Part shown: one piece after another, positions 1 to 12,035 of the stretch
How the letters are laid out: every line of letters begins with the position of its first letter
How positions within the stretch are numbered: the first letter of the stretch is position 1
Assembly (NCBI RefSeq): GCF_001194135.2
Contig: NC_068981.1
Location: 99,767,484 to 99,831,483 of the forward strand
Direction: 5' to 3'
DNA: 64,000 bases
Source: Octopus bimaculoides
Taxonomy: Eukaryota
Notes under the pieces: model-generated
Told to the model about the DNA's origin: nothing
Seen by the model: the letters and a program-made list of their open reading frames with translations, nothing else
Database searches by the model: none
Translations under genes and position numbers: made by a program

Positions 1-71
1 TAATTAATGACCAAGCAAGTCATCATCTAACTTAATTATTTTACAAATTTTCTTCAAATTTAGGTGCATAT

Positions 72-337
72 AGGCACAGGTGTAGTTGTGTGCTAACAAG
101 CTTACTTCCCAACCACATAGTTCTGGGTTCAGTCCCACTGCATGGCACCTTGGGTAAATGTCTTCTACTATAGCCCCTGTAACTTAGCAGCTCAGCAAAA
201 GACACTAATAGAATAAATATCAGACTTAGAAAATAAATGGAAGTCCTGGGGTCAATTTATTTTACTAAAACCATTCAAGGTGGTGCTTCAGCATGGCTGC
301 AGTCAAATGACTGAAACAAGTAAAAGATAAAAGATAA
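72..337 (+). mobile_element. SINE family A (tRNA-derived head, CORE-like segment), internally deleted copy
   Basis: A-box-like 'tagttgtgtgc', B-box-like 'gggttcagtcccact', then 'ggcaccttgggtaaatgtctt' (resembles the MIR/CORE motif gaccttgggcaagt). Family tail 'cagcatggctgcagtcaaatgactgaaacaagtaaaaga'. More than 10 related copies in the window. Confidence 0.8.
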
Positions 338-713
338 ATATTCATTCTAATTCAGTTAGAAAGATTTGGATGAGTGAACCAATAGGTTTTCTTTCTTTAA
401 AGGGATAGCACAATATTAATAATGTGGTCTGAATATATGACTGATTAATTAGTAGTCCACCTCCTTCACCTTACAATCATATTTAATGTTTTGCAAAGGT
501 AAAATATTAAAAAAAACTAATGGTATGATTTGTAAAAATTTTTTCCCATTAACTGGGGAGATTAAAATTTCAGATGCTTAAAGTACTTGTAAACTCTTGA
601 AAATTCATGTAACCTAGTTTTAAAATTAATATATGCATTTTAAAAGCAAACACAGACATTATATAGTAGAAGTAGTAGTAATAGTACTACTACTACTATT
701 AATAATAATAATG

Positions 714-929
714 ATCCTTTCTGCTATAGGCACAAGGCCTGAAATTTTGGGGAAGCAGGGTAGGCTGATTACATTGACTCCAGTGCTCAACTGGTACATA
801 TTACTTCATCCCTGAAAAGATAAAATGCAAAGTTGACCTTGGTGAAATTTGAACCCAGAATGTAAAGATAAATAAAATGTTGCTAAGCATTTTGTCTGGC
901 TTGCTAATGATTCTGCCAGCTCACTACCT
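714..929 (-). mobile_element. SINE family B (tRNA-like head, central 'ctttgcattttatctttcaggg' domain, (ATT)n tail)
   Basis: Minus strand reads aggtagtgagctggcagaatc...gggttcaaatttc...ggccttgtgcctatagcagaaaggatcattattatt. Homologous copies at 1134-1335, 16136-16332 and 56380-57025. Confidence 0.75.
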
Positions 930-1133
930 TAATAATAAATAATAATAATACCCTACAATCTAGGTGCATAGCAAAAATCAGCTTTACTTGGAACTGCAGG
1001 CATATTGCATAAAGTATTGTCTGTCTGAAGTCGTTATGACTTAACAGACAGTACAAATCCCCACTACACATAATATCTTCAACCCACATCATGATATTGG
1101 ATACTGTGCAACATATTCAATAAAAATAATAAT

Positions 1134-1335
1134 AATCTTTTCTACTATAGGCACAAGGCCTGAAATTTAGGGGAGGGCTAAGTCGATTATATCAACTGGT
1201 ACTTAATATATCAACCCTGAAAGGATGAAAGGTAAAGTCAACCTCAGCGGAATTTGAACTCAGAACGTAGCAATGGGCGAAATACCGCTAAGTATTTTGT
1301 CCAGCATGCTAACAATTCTGCTAGCTCACCACCTT
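1134..1335 (-). mobile_element. SINE family B copy
   Basis: Same layout as 714-929: 'ctgagttcaaattccgctgaggttgactttacctttcatcctttcagggttgat' and a tail ending in (ATT)n. Confidence 0.75.
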
Positions 1336-1336
1336 C

Positions 1337-1367
<31 letters not shown>

Positions 1368-1377
1368 ACAACACTCT

Positions 1378-2190
1378 GTCACTGACACACCTCTTCCCCA
1401 CAACCCATTTTCCTAATATCTCTTCCATTCCCACCACCTAAGCTCACCTCTAGCTGTATTCTCACCCCCTCTATCTCCCACTTTCCCTTCACACCTTTGC
1501 AAACCTACCTACACACAATTTATCACTGCTGAATCCCTTCCCCCAACAACATATCTTCCTAACACCCTCTCCCTCTGTTTGTGTCTATTTACTCCATTCC
1601 CTCCCTTTTGCTGTCCACTCTCCTTTCCAAATCTCGCAAACTTACCCACTTACCCACTTACTCACCCTATCCAATCCAAACCTGTACCACTTCATTTATA
1701 TATACTTCCCTGTAACTTGAATATACTCCACCTTTGTCATCTCTTTACCTCCCTCATCTCTTCCTTCTCTTTCCCTCCTCTCCCTCCTACTGAAGTAGCC
1801 AAGTATCTCCTTTACTGCAAGACACCCATTTCTGTCCCTCCATTCATACTCTAAAATTTCATCTCCTGACACAAAGCCACCTTCCTCAATACTACCCACC
1901 AATCAGTTGAGGGACCTTACCTTATAAGTTATTTACTGACCTCACTATTATGGTGACACATAAAAAAGCATTTAGTACACTCTGTAAAATGGAAGGGCAT
2001 CCAGCCATAGAAACCAAACCAAAGCAGTAGAGTTTGATGCAATTTTCTGACTTGCCAGCTCCTGTTAAACTAGCATGGAAAATGGACATTAAATTATGAA
2101 TATGATGATATATAAAACAGTAGAGCTTGGTACAACTTTCTGGTTCACCAGCTCCTGTTGAACATACAAGCATGGAAGACGAAAATGGGT
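1378..2190 (+). mobile_element. Remnant of RTE-type LINE 3' UTR (pyrimidine-rich tract plus 'ggaagggcatccagc' motif)
   Basis: C/T-rich tract followed by 'ggaagggcatccagccatagaaacc...gctcctgtt...gcatggaa...tgttaaatg'. The same order directly follows the RTE ORF at 33553-34900. Confidence 0.5.
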
Positions 2191-2261
2191 GTTAAATGGT
2201 TATCATGTATATGTGTGTATGTATGCATGCCAGTATGGAAAACATGTTAAATAATAATGAT

Positions 2262-2329
<68 letters not shown>

Positions 2330-2949
2330 CAGGCACACACACAAATACATGTAAAACAATATATTATATTAGCTAAAGAGAAAAGTATATTATTTCTATG
2401 AAAATAAACAATATGGATAGAAATAGAAAAAAAATAGGTGAATCATTCAAACAATGTAGACTAATTTAATAAGAATAAATTTCAGAAATACAGAAAAGTG
2501 TGCTAATAGAACTGAATTGAAAGAAAAACTAAATAAAACACACCCATCCCCTTTTCTCTGCCTTCATGAATGAGACATTTACTTTCTTCTGTTAAAATTT
2601 TGAATATTTAAATACATAAGCATTTAAAATGGTAGTGTGTTTTTTTCTAATTAATACTTTTATTTAATGATAAGTAAAAACGTAATTATGTTTAATGACA
2701 ATAATAACAATGACAGTGATGATGATGTTGATAACTCAAAACACAAACAGAAATGTATTTTGGATTTTGGTGCTTGCATCTAAACACCCAAGAGACAATA
2801 AGATGGATAAACTTATTGCATTATAGAAATTAATTATTGAATTAAAGAAACAGTTTACCAATAGCCCGGGGAAAATTCTAGATCAGATCCCAAGTCTTAC
2901 ATTTCAGTGAACCGCTGATTTCTGTCTATTAATCTACTTTGGTAATTTC

Positions 2950-3840
2950 AGAGCGGAGATTGATATCCGACGTCTTCCATGGATGATGTCAGAATGAAAT
3001 GGGCAACAGTGACAAATGAAATTAAATGAAAATGAAATTTCCAAGGAAGACATTCACTTATAACAAAAGCAGACTTTTAGTTAGTTGATAAATGATAATA
3101 GAAGTGCAGGATGCTTTCATGAACCGAGGGGCTTTTGAAACTGCTGTTTGATTCTGGGCCCAGTAACACTAAGTGGTGGACGGATGGAATCATAGCAAGT
3201 TTCACAAAGTGCTTGGAGGAAAATGACCTTACTATCATAACCAAATGATTATTCACTATAGAAGGTTTTCCTTTTAAGACAAATTACATTTCCAATAAAT
3301 CTGGTACGTATTTCTCACAACCAGGTGAATGAGTAAAGGTAGTGGTGGCTGTAGTTGTAATACCAATGACAATGCAACTGTGTCATTACTGAAGGCCTGG
3401 GTACTATACAGTAACTTAAGAGATAAATACATTGCAGGAGGCAAGTCACAAGACTTGAAATCAACAGAGCAAACTAAAGGAATATATGTTAATGTTCTAG
3501 TACTGCTGTTGCTATGACTTAATTCTAAGTTCTCAAATAAATTTTTGTAAGCATGGGTTCATTGGGTGTACACGTAAATTTGTTGGTCTTACATATGATT
3601 TTGAAAAGCAGAAAATACATCTGATAACCCAAAGAAGAAATATTCCCCAAATAGCAATTAATAGTATTTGAGCAACTAACAAGATAGAGAAAACAAAAAC
3701 ATGCTGAATGAAACAAACTAATACAGCATATGAAACCAGCCCATGATACAAATATCACAGACAATGAGCTAATAAAAACAACATAAGAAAAAGAATCCAA
3801 AGACCAATGAATAGAATGAAGAGGCATAAACAAAAGAAGA
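2950..3840 (+). pseudogene. Highly decayed non-LTR reverse transcriptase, possibly R2/R4(Dong)-like
   Basis: Frame-hopping translation gives SMDDVRM (YxDD-like), KCRML/MNRG, TDGI..KCLEEND and ITEGLGTI. These resemble recalled R4-type motifs (MDDIKL, EKCAMLVMKRG, TDG...TLGENE, VIGALGTI). Many stops; matched from memory only. Confidence 0.35.
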
Positions 3841-4699
3841 ATCCCACACTGATATATGTAAAATAATAGTTACACCAAGTAACAGAAGCTCTTGCTTGAT
3901 GATTGCTATGGCATGAAACTCAACTCATAAATATTTATACTGACATTTACAAATAAGTGAATAAGAACATCTAAATAAAGAAATTTGAATATTTATATAT
4001 GTAAACATTTTTAGACTTTCTACTGTTAAATCTATGAAGAGAATATAGCATTTATACTTCAGTTATATTTGACTGATATAAACAATAATATGCCCTATTT
4101 AGAAGTATAACACAAGGACTACATCTAAATTTAAACTTATACCCTAGTAGCCCAAAGCTATAGTGGAAGACATTTGCTTAATGTACCACACAATGGAGTT
4201 AAAGTTGTGTCTATATGGTTAGGAAGCAAACTTTTTAAACACACAGCCACACACATGTATATAGTTTGTTCTTTTTACCTTTAGTTTTCCACACTAGCAT
4301 GTGTTAGATGACTATTACAGAGACAGTGTTTTGCAGGCATTTTCAAGTTAGTAATTATAATATTAGATGAGTAACATAACTATAATACCACTAATGGATG
4401 CAGGCAGGCCAGGAGGTTAGATATTCACTTCACACTCCTAAGGTCTTGGGCTCAATTCCTCAGCATAATATAGTACAAGTGCCTCTTAGCATAGCTTTAG
4501 ACTAATCCATTTGTTGTGAGTGAAAATATAGGCCACTTGTAATTCAAAGGGCACAAGTGTGTTTATAGAAGAGTACACATGTGTCTATGGAATATTCAAC
4601 CACTTATTTATATGTATGTATGTATTTGTGTGCATGCGTGTGTGCATGTGTATGTATATGTATATCCTTTTGACCCTTTGACAAGAGGATTATCACCTA

Positions 4700-5260
4700 C
4701 TTAGCAAGAATCTTTCCTGCCATTTTGCAAAAACAATAGTTCTGCAAGCAGTACACCTGCAGAGGAAGCCCAACCTTTGCTGCCTTTGCAACCAGTACTA
4801 CACTACAATGCACACACTAGTCAAATTTCTTCCACTTCTATTTTCTTGAGATCCACTACCATGCATACATACATGTCAGGTGCAAACATACTGGTGACCT
4901 ATACACTTCTGTCATCTACCGGTGGGCTCTTGCCTTGCAGAAATTTGGAGAGAGCAATGTTGTCATCCTTGATATCAGCAAAGATTTCAATTTCTATTCA
5001 AAACTGCTCTCAGAAGGGCTCCACTTATCTCTAATCCCTCGGAGCCATAGATCCCAATCATGCTGCATTATTGCTGCAGTGTGTTGACAGTGCTTTTTCT
5101 GTTTCTACTCTATCAAATAAAGCATGCCTCAGGGTTTTGTTTTGTTCTTGACTCTCTTCCTCCTATACATCAATTACTTACTTGCTGCCACATCCTACAA
5201 CACTTACCCTTATATATAGATGACACAACCTTTCATTCTTCCCTAACTTCCCCAACCACA
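4700..5260 (+). pseudogene. CR1/L2 (Jockey-group) LINE reverse transcriptase remnant
   Basis: NVVILDISKDF (about 4957-4990; LDISKAF motif), MPQGFVLFLTLFLLYIN (PQGSVLGP..FLLYIN motif) and YIDDTTF (YADD) in the correct order, with frameshifts. Confidence 0.7.
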
Positions 5261-6393
5261 AATCATGCACTTTCAAAAGAGATACCACATGCCAAACTCA
5301 CACAGATTCCATGAAAAGAGACCTCAGTAAACATATTTACCAATGTAAATATTCAAATTTCAGTTTCAATATGTAAGATATACATATATACTTACTTGTA
5401 TATGTAATTCTATACTTTAATACTTATTTAAATTGAATTCATATATAAATGTATGTATCTATACTCAAGTGTGCAAATATTTACATATGTAAATATTCAA
5501 ATTCCAATATTTAAATATATTATATACTTATTTCCATATGTAAATACTTAAATAATTCTTTAAACTGAACACATACACACACACACAGACACTGGCCTGA
5601 AAACTAGTGCTGCTATGTTGTTTCCCTTAATATTTCATATAGCAGTGCTTCAACAAATAGAGATGATGAAATAGGTACCAGTCAAAAATAATTACTGGGG
5701 TTGAAATAATCAATTAACTCCTTGAACGTCATGCTCCAATATGGATACAGTCCAATAACTTGAAACAGTAAGAGAATAAAGAACACTGAAAGTAGCTGGC
5801 AGTCCAGTCTTAATTACTAAATTTATGAGGCCCCTTGCACACCTGTCAATAATAGATGAACACTAATTTCATATTCCATTATAATTTGATAACTAACATC
5901 AAAATTAAATTACAACTATAACATACTGTCAAAGAGCTAATGAAAGAGCTTCTATGAAGTTACTCAAACAACTAGAAATGGTAGTGAAATCTATCTAAAA
6001 TTAGACATTATTATTTTAAAATGAAGATGGAGACTTTAGGCACTTTAAAGAAAGAAGGATACTTCAGAACATGTTGTACTTGATATACAAAAGAGATGGG
6101 ATAGTCATGGCTAGACTGTCTTTATTTATAAATCTGATCAAAGTTGACCAAAGGCCAAACAACAAAAACAATAACATAGGTAATAGAAAACAAAACAACT
6201 TAGTATCCTTATAACCAGTCTCTCAACTGTGTAATTGTCTAATCACATCTGGTAAGAAAATAAGCAACAAGTATTACAATACAACATGTGATAACAGCAT
6301 AACTTCACTGTTACAATATGGACAATTTTACATAACTTTTAATTAAATTGATACACACACATGCTCACACACCATCATCCTCATCATAATTAC

Positions 6394-7895
6394 ACAGCTG
6401 TGTAAATGAGAAACAGCTTTCCTTTCAAATATAACATATTAAAAACATTACTATATTCAAGTTTTATCCTTTTTTATTAAGATTTTTTCATGAAGGACTA
6501 ATAAGGAAATATGAAAAATCCTTAAGAAAAGATCAAATTTGAACATAGTTATGTTTTTAATGTAACATGACTTTAGACATGTGTTGAACTAAAGATTGAT
6601 CTAAATCCACAAAACAATTAGTGGCAGTCTTAAAGTCAGCCAGTGAAGTTGAATTCTTTGGAATCTTTTTTAACTTGTGTCATATATCTATTGTTCAAAT
6701 TTCTCTGAAATTGGAAATATATGAATGTTCACTGTGTTTGTTTAAGAGAGCAAATCTAGAAGAAACTAAAGGATGTATGATCATAATAAGCAGTCAACTA
6801 CCCTACCCTAGTCGTTATCACTCTTCAATGTAGGATTCCCCACCATACAGGTAACCAGCACAGCTGTTGGATGCATTACAGATCTATAGCAATTAGAAGG
6901 GTATGACTAAACTCAAATAAACATTAACAACTGTGTGATGTGAGGGCTAAGGGGAAATGAAAGTGTCACCTCTGGAATTTGCCAATGATCACTATGCCAA
7001 TAGGTAACTGAACAGAATAAATTTGCAATCTACGAATCTCTTTGAATGACCAATCACTTATCTGGAAAGACCTTGAAATCAATGTTACCATCTGGGGACT
7101 ATCTCTGATCCAATGATAATAAAAAGACTCAAAGGAGGTCTGCAACAAATAACTTTACTCAAAATAACACTTTGCGACTGAATCAGTGGAGGCAAAGATA
7201 CCTCTCCTATACTTGACAATTTATGCACCACATTACAGAAATCGCAATCTAAGTGTATCTCAGAGCAAACTCTTACACTGTTGTACTGTTGAATTACAAA
7301 TAACGCTCATCTTGTATCCTCGGGTGACTCTACAGCTTCCAAGACTACAAATTTTATTCGTCTTGGCTTAGGAAAAATGACTAAATTGTGAGGGGTTAAG
7401 CCCCCATTAAGGGGTCTTTTTAACTCCTAAGAAGTTGAAATTTTAGGAATATTACTTCATTTGTGTCTAATATCTATGGTTAAAATTTCATCAACAGCAA
7501 AAACATGAATTTTCATGCGTGCACACAAACAGATAGACACATATACATGATATATAGATGCATTTAAATACACACACACACACACATATATATATCTAAG
7601 TTTTGGTCTTTCTGTCTACAAATTTACTCACATAGTTTACAACATTAACTATGCCTGTGATTTACATACAGTTGTGTAAATGAGAAACAGCTTTCCTTTC
7701 AAATATAATATTTTAAAAACATTACTATATTCAAGTTTTATCCTTTTTTATTAGGAATTTTTCATGAAAGACTAATAAGGAAATATGAAAAATCTTTAAG
7801 AAAAAGGATCAAATTTGAACATAGTTATGTTTTTAATGTAACACACATGACTTTAGACATATGTTGAACTAGAGATTGATCTACATCCACAAAAC
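6394..7895. repeat. ~225-bp direct duplication (6394-6615 and 7668-7895)
   Basis: Both copies run from 'acag(c/t)tgtgtaaatgagaaacagctttcctttcaaatataa' to 'gattgatcta(a/c)atccacaaaac'. Roughly 90% identical by eye, with small indels. Confidence 0.85.
7372..7545 (-). mobile_element. Fragment of the Helentron/HINE-like family seen at 10110-10832
   Basis: 'aagttgaaattttaggaatattacttcatttgtgtctaatatctatggttaaaatttcatcaacagcaaaa' is shared almost exactly with 10121-10195. Confidence 0.6.
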
Positions 7896-9166
7896 TAAGT
7901 AAAGTGGCACAGAATCAATTTGTTGAGAAATACATTTAACTCCCACAATATATGTTGAATGCTATTTTCTTTCCTTTCTATACCTTCATGCACATATGAT
8001 CCATGAATGCATGGAAAATTAGATGTTAAAATGATGATGATGACATATTACAAACTTCAGCCCAATTTACATCAACTCAATTTCACTCACAAAGCTTTGG
8101 TTGATCTGGGGTTAGCCATGGTAAAAGACACCCGAAGTCATGATGAAGGATGAAATGTCATTGAGTGGGATCAAAACCAGAACTGCATACTAGCAAACTG
8201 CATTTGTTAATGAGCCATGCCAGCACTCACAAAGAGAAACATGCATGCTGGAGGGGACATGAACTGCAAATCTATCACATATCTATCACTTACCGAGTGA
8301 CTGTATTATTGATTATATAACGGAATGCTTACATGTGTAAAAAGAAAACAAATATGACTGTTTAAGATTAATTAATAACTTGCTAATGGTATAGCCAGCT
8401 GTAGAACCATGCAATATATTCTGTTCTTCAATACATAAATTTATAGGTGTGAAAATCCAGATATTTCAATAAAGTATGGGAGGAAATGCTTTCGGTTGGA
8501 TACCTTTCTCCACATCAATCGTTCAACCTTGAAATAGCAATTACTTTTCATCGAGCTAGACTGAGACAAATATAACAATGTTATAGAGATGGGGGTGGTG
8601 TTAGTGTTGATACAGGTAGTCGTATCAGTATTACTGTTGGTGGTGGATGAAGTAATAGAATTAGTAGTAGAAGCAGCATTGGTGATTATTTGAATGATAG
8701 AGGTTCTGGTAGCAGCAACAGTATCAGTAATAGCAAAAACAGTGGAATATCGGCTTTTTAGTAATGAGGGTGGCATTGTAGTGGTGGAGGTGAGTGTGGT
8801 ATAGCATGATAATATAGAGTATGGCATGATCAATGTTGGAAAAATCATCCACTAAGTTAGGGGGGGAAAAAAAAATGAGATCCAAACTTTTTTGAACATG
8901 CTACTTTTTTTTGTGATTAATGGAGATTGGAATTGGCAAATCAATAGGGAGATATTGATGGTGAGGAAAACGCAATCATGTACTTACATACCCACAGATA
9001 CATGCACTTATACACCTGAATCAATAACAATAAAACGGTTAATTACTTTAATTCAAAACAATAACTAATTCAATGACGATAACAACAACAACAACAATAA
9101 TAATAATAATAATAATAACGATGACGATGATTTCTTTATAAACAATAATATTAATGATTGATCAAA

Positions 9167-9370
9167 NNNNNNNNNNNNNNNNNNNNNNNNNNNNNNNNNN
9201 NNNNNNNNNNNNNNNNNNNNNNNNNNNNNNNNNNNNNNNNNNNNNNNNNNNNNNNNNNNNNNNNNNNNNNNNNNNNNNNNNNNNNNNNNNNNNNNNNNNN
9301 NNNNNNNNNNNNNNNNNNNNNNNNNNNNNNNNNNNNNNNNNNNNNNNNNNNNNNNNNNNNNNNNNNNNNN
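9167..9370. other. Assembly gap. Other gaps: 11703-11760, 13762-14341, 18635-19086, 23461-23827, 25359-25721, 27048-27321, 38543-38552, 41144-41153, 43367-43376, 44789-45682, 58039-58122
   Basis: Runs of N. Most abut (TA)n, (CA)n or poly-G tracts. Confidence 0.99.
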
Positions 9371-9421
<51 letters not shown>

Positions 9422-9859
9422 CATTTGGAAAGAGTGAGCAATTGGTGAGGGATAATGTAGTTTTTAGATAGTAAAGAAAATTCAGCTTATGAGATGATAT
9501 TTTTGGCTATGTGAAAAGTTTGCGATCATTAATGAAATGTTACTAGCGATTATAAAACTTAGCATTTTAAAGAAGTGCAATGCTTTGAATAATATATTGT
9601 TCATGAATAGAAGGAATATGATAAATTGGTTTTAAAGAAGTGATACTTATTATCAGCAACTACCCAAAAATATCAGCAAAAGTACTATTTTCTTTTAAGG
9701 TAAAATGGAAGAGCAATAATTATCTAAAATGCTATTTAGAACCAAGGACTGCTTTGACAAAAATATACAAAATAGCAGTTATATGCCAATGACAATGTTT
9801 CAAGTAGCATACAAAATTTTCCTAAAAATACAAGTGCGAATATATACATATATATATAC

Positions 9860-9915
9860 ATGTATTCCCATATACCTATATACACATGTATGTGTTTGTG
9901 TATATATACATGTGT

Positions 9916-10006
<91 letters not shown>

Positions 10007-10079
10007 CATGCGTGTGTGAGCAGGCGCATGTGTGTATGTATGCATGTATATATGTAGGTATGTGTGTGTGTATGTATAC

Positions 10080-10110
<31 letters not shown>
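9860..10110. repeat. Compound (TA)n/(TG)n microsatellite, representative of dozens in the window (e.g. 2270-2320, 22210-22280, 25180-25360, 29808-29885, 43230-43550, 47620-47680, 53370-53430, 59990-60055)
   Basis: Direct inspection. Confidence 0.95.
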
Positions 10111-10832
10111 GGTTAAGCCCAAGTTGAAATTTTAGGAATATTACTTCACTTGTGTCTAATATCTATGGTTAAAATTTCATCAACAGCAAAAATATATGAA
10201 TTTTCATGGGGGTTATGGTCTCATTTATGCCTCACTCACTTCCAAACATATATTGCATTACATCCGCTCTTACACATAGAATATAATTTCCAAATTTCAT
10301 AAAGATCCATTCAGTACTTTTGATCTTGTTTTGGATCATAAAAATGACTAAAATTAGGGGATCTTAGAATCCTCATGAGAAGTGGAAACTTTGGGAATAT
10401 TTCTTGGTTTGTGTCAATTACCTATGGTTGTAATTTCATTAACATCAGAAATTACTACATTATGCTAGCCCTTATGCATTGAATCTAAGTTCCAAATATC
10501 ATAAGGATCTATTCAGTAATTTTGGTCTATTAAAAATGACTAAAATTTTGGGGTTAAACCTTAGAATCATCCAAAGAAATGGAAATTTTGGATATATTTT
10601 ACAATTTATTTCTAATACCTATGGTTCAAATTTCCCAAAAACCCAAAGCATATGAATTTTCACAGGGGGTCTTCCCCCCTTTCTGCCCCCTCCCAAATTG
10701 TATGAAACATATGGCTTTACCCTTCTCCCTAGGCTTGGATTTTGAGTTCCAAATTTCATTAGGATTTGTCCACTAGTTTTTGAGTCTATAAGTGACACAC
10801 AAACACACAGATATTGACTTTTATATAATAGA
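10110..10832 (-). mobile_element. Non-autonomous Helentron/DINE-1-like (HINE) element with internal tandem subrepeats
   Basis: Minus strand begins 'atctattatataaaagtcaatatctgtgtgtttgtgtgtc...ctcaaaaactagtggacaaatcctaatgaaatttgg', the typical DINE-1/HINE terminus plus microsatellite layout. Internal 'ttccaaat(t/a)tcat' units at 10288, 10490 and 10747. Confidence 0.6.
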
Positions 10833-10844
10833 TACACACACATT

Positions 10845-11330
10845 ATACTCACGACCTCTCTCTTCTCTTTCCACGTGATCGGTGTTCAGCCGAGCGTGAC
10901 CTTTCTTTCTTGGTTCAACTACCATACAAGTAGCATCTTTCGTATTTCTTCCCATAACTTTTATCTATGTTCCTGCCGAAAGGCTCACTTCCTCACATGC
11001 CAGCTTAATTTAATTTGTCCCTAGTTGAAAGACACCTGTTGTTTATCTTTGTAATTGTGTATCATTTCTCCATCTTTTTTCTTTTCATCCTTGTTTTCAT
11101 ATATATTCGCTTGCTTTCTTCCAAAGAATCTAGTGCTCTTAGCTTAGAATTCCTTCGGGCCCGCCAGATTAGAGTAGTCTCGAGATTAACCGTCCGAAAC
11201 TGCAAAGACGATCTGCTTCTCGACTGAAGACTGAAAGCTCCGAATGACCCGTCTTTGTTCATTCCTGTCCTTTTTTGTATCACCTACTGTACGAATGTTT
11301 TCTTGTCACCTGTTATGTCATAGTTCCATT
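10845..11330 (+). mobile_element. Unclassified CpG-containing interspersed repeat; inverted homolog at 22720-23215
   Basis: Shared blocks with the reverse complement of 22720-23215, e.g. 'aagaatctagtgctcttagcttaga' and 'ccgaaactgcaaaga(c/t)gatctg'. No coding signature. Confidence 0.65.
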
Positions 11331-11409
11331 TTCTGTTTTGATTTTTGATATATATATATATGCATGTTTATATATAATATATACACATACATACATATAC
11401 ATATGCATA

Positions 11410-11641
11410 CTCTTTACTCTTTTACTTGTTTCAGTCATTTGACTGCAGCCATGCTGGAGCACTGCCTTTAGTCAAGCAAATCAACCCCAGGACTTATTCT
11501 TTGGAAGCCTAGTACTTATTCTAGTACTTATTCTAGTACTTATTCTATCGGTCTCTTTTGCTGAACTGCTAAGTTACGGAGACATAAACACACCAGCATC
11601 GGTTGTCAAGCGATGTTGGGGGAACAAACACAGACACACAA

Positions 11642-11702
<61 letters not shown>

Positions 11703-11760
11703 NNNNNNNNNNNNNNNNNNNNNNNNNNNNNNNNNNNNNNNNNNNNNNNNNNNNNNNNNN

Positions 11761-11825
<65 letters not shown>

Positions 11826-11992
11826 TATGACGGGCTTCTTTCAGTTTTCCATCCACCAAATCCACTCACAAGGCTTTGGTCGGCCCGAGACTATAGTAGA
11901 AGACACTTGCCCAAGGTGCCACGCAGTGGGAATGAACCCAGAAACATGTGGTTGGTAAGCAAGCTACTTACCACACAGCCACTCCTGCACCT
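11410..11992 (-). mobile_element. SINE family A, full length, with internal (CA)n(TA)n microsatellite spanning a gap
   Basis: Head 'ggtgcaggagtggctgtgtggtaagtagcttg...gggttcattcccactgcgtggcaccttgggcaagtgtc', tail '...gactgaaacaagtaaaagagtaaagag'. Contains a triple tandem of 'ctagtacttatt' at about 11509-11545. Confidence 0.9.
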
Positions 11993-12035
11993 ACTGCATG
12001 TATATATATATAGATATATATATATAATATATATC

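Noticed and set aside
3533-3751. 72-aa hydrophobic ORF resembling a small membrane protein
   Set aside because: It is antisense to A-rich sequence that looks like decayed LINE coding DNA. T-rich codons give hydrophobic residues, and there are no splice or homology cues.
6960-7371. Exon-like non-microsatellite stretch
   Set aside because: All six frames are interrupted. Faint CR1-like fragments (KDLEI, IYAPHY) suggest an old LINE but are too weak to call.
8441-8848. 135-aa Thr/Ser-rich, mucin-like ORF
   Set aside because: Degenerate (GTA/GTG/GAT)n low-complexity tract with no signal peptide or splice sites.
9065-10122. Many 60-400 aa ORFs in the supplied track (YIYI, CVCV, HTHT, X-runs), here and throughout the window
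   Set aside because: They are translations of (TA)n, (TG)n and (CA)n microsatellites and N-gaps, which lack stop codons by construction.
11190-11250. GAAA and CTGAAGA/CTGAGGA words in the unclassified repeat (also 22830-22870)
   Set aside because: The flanks do not form hammerhead stem II in any permutation, and both copies read GAAT where GAAA is required.
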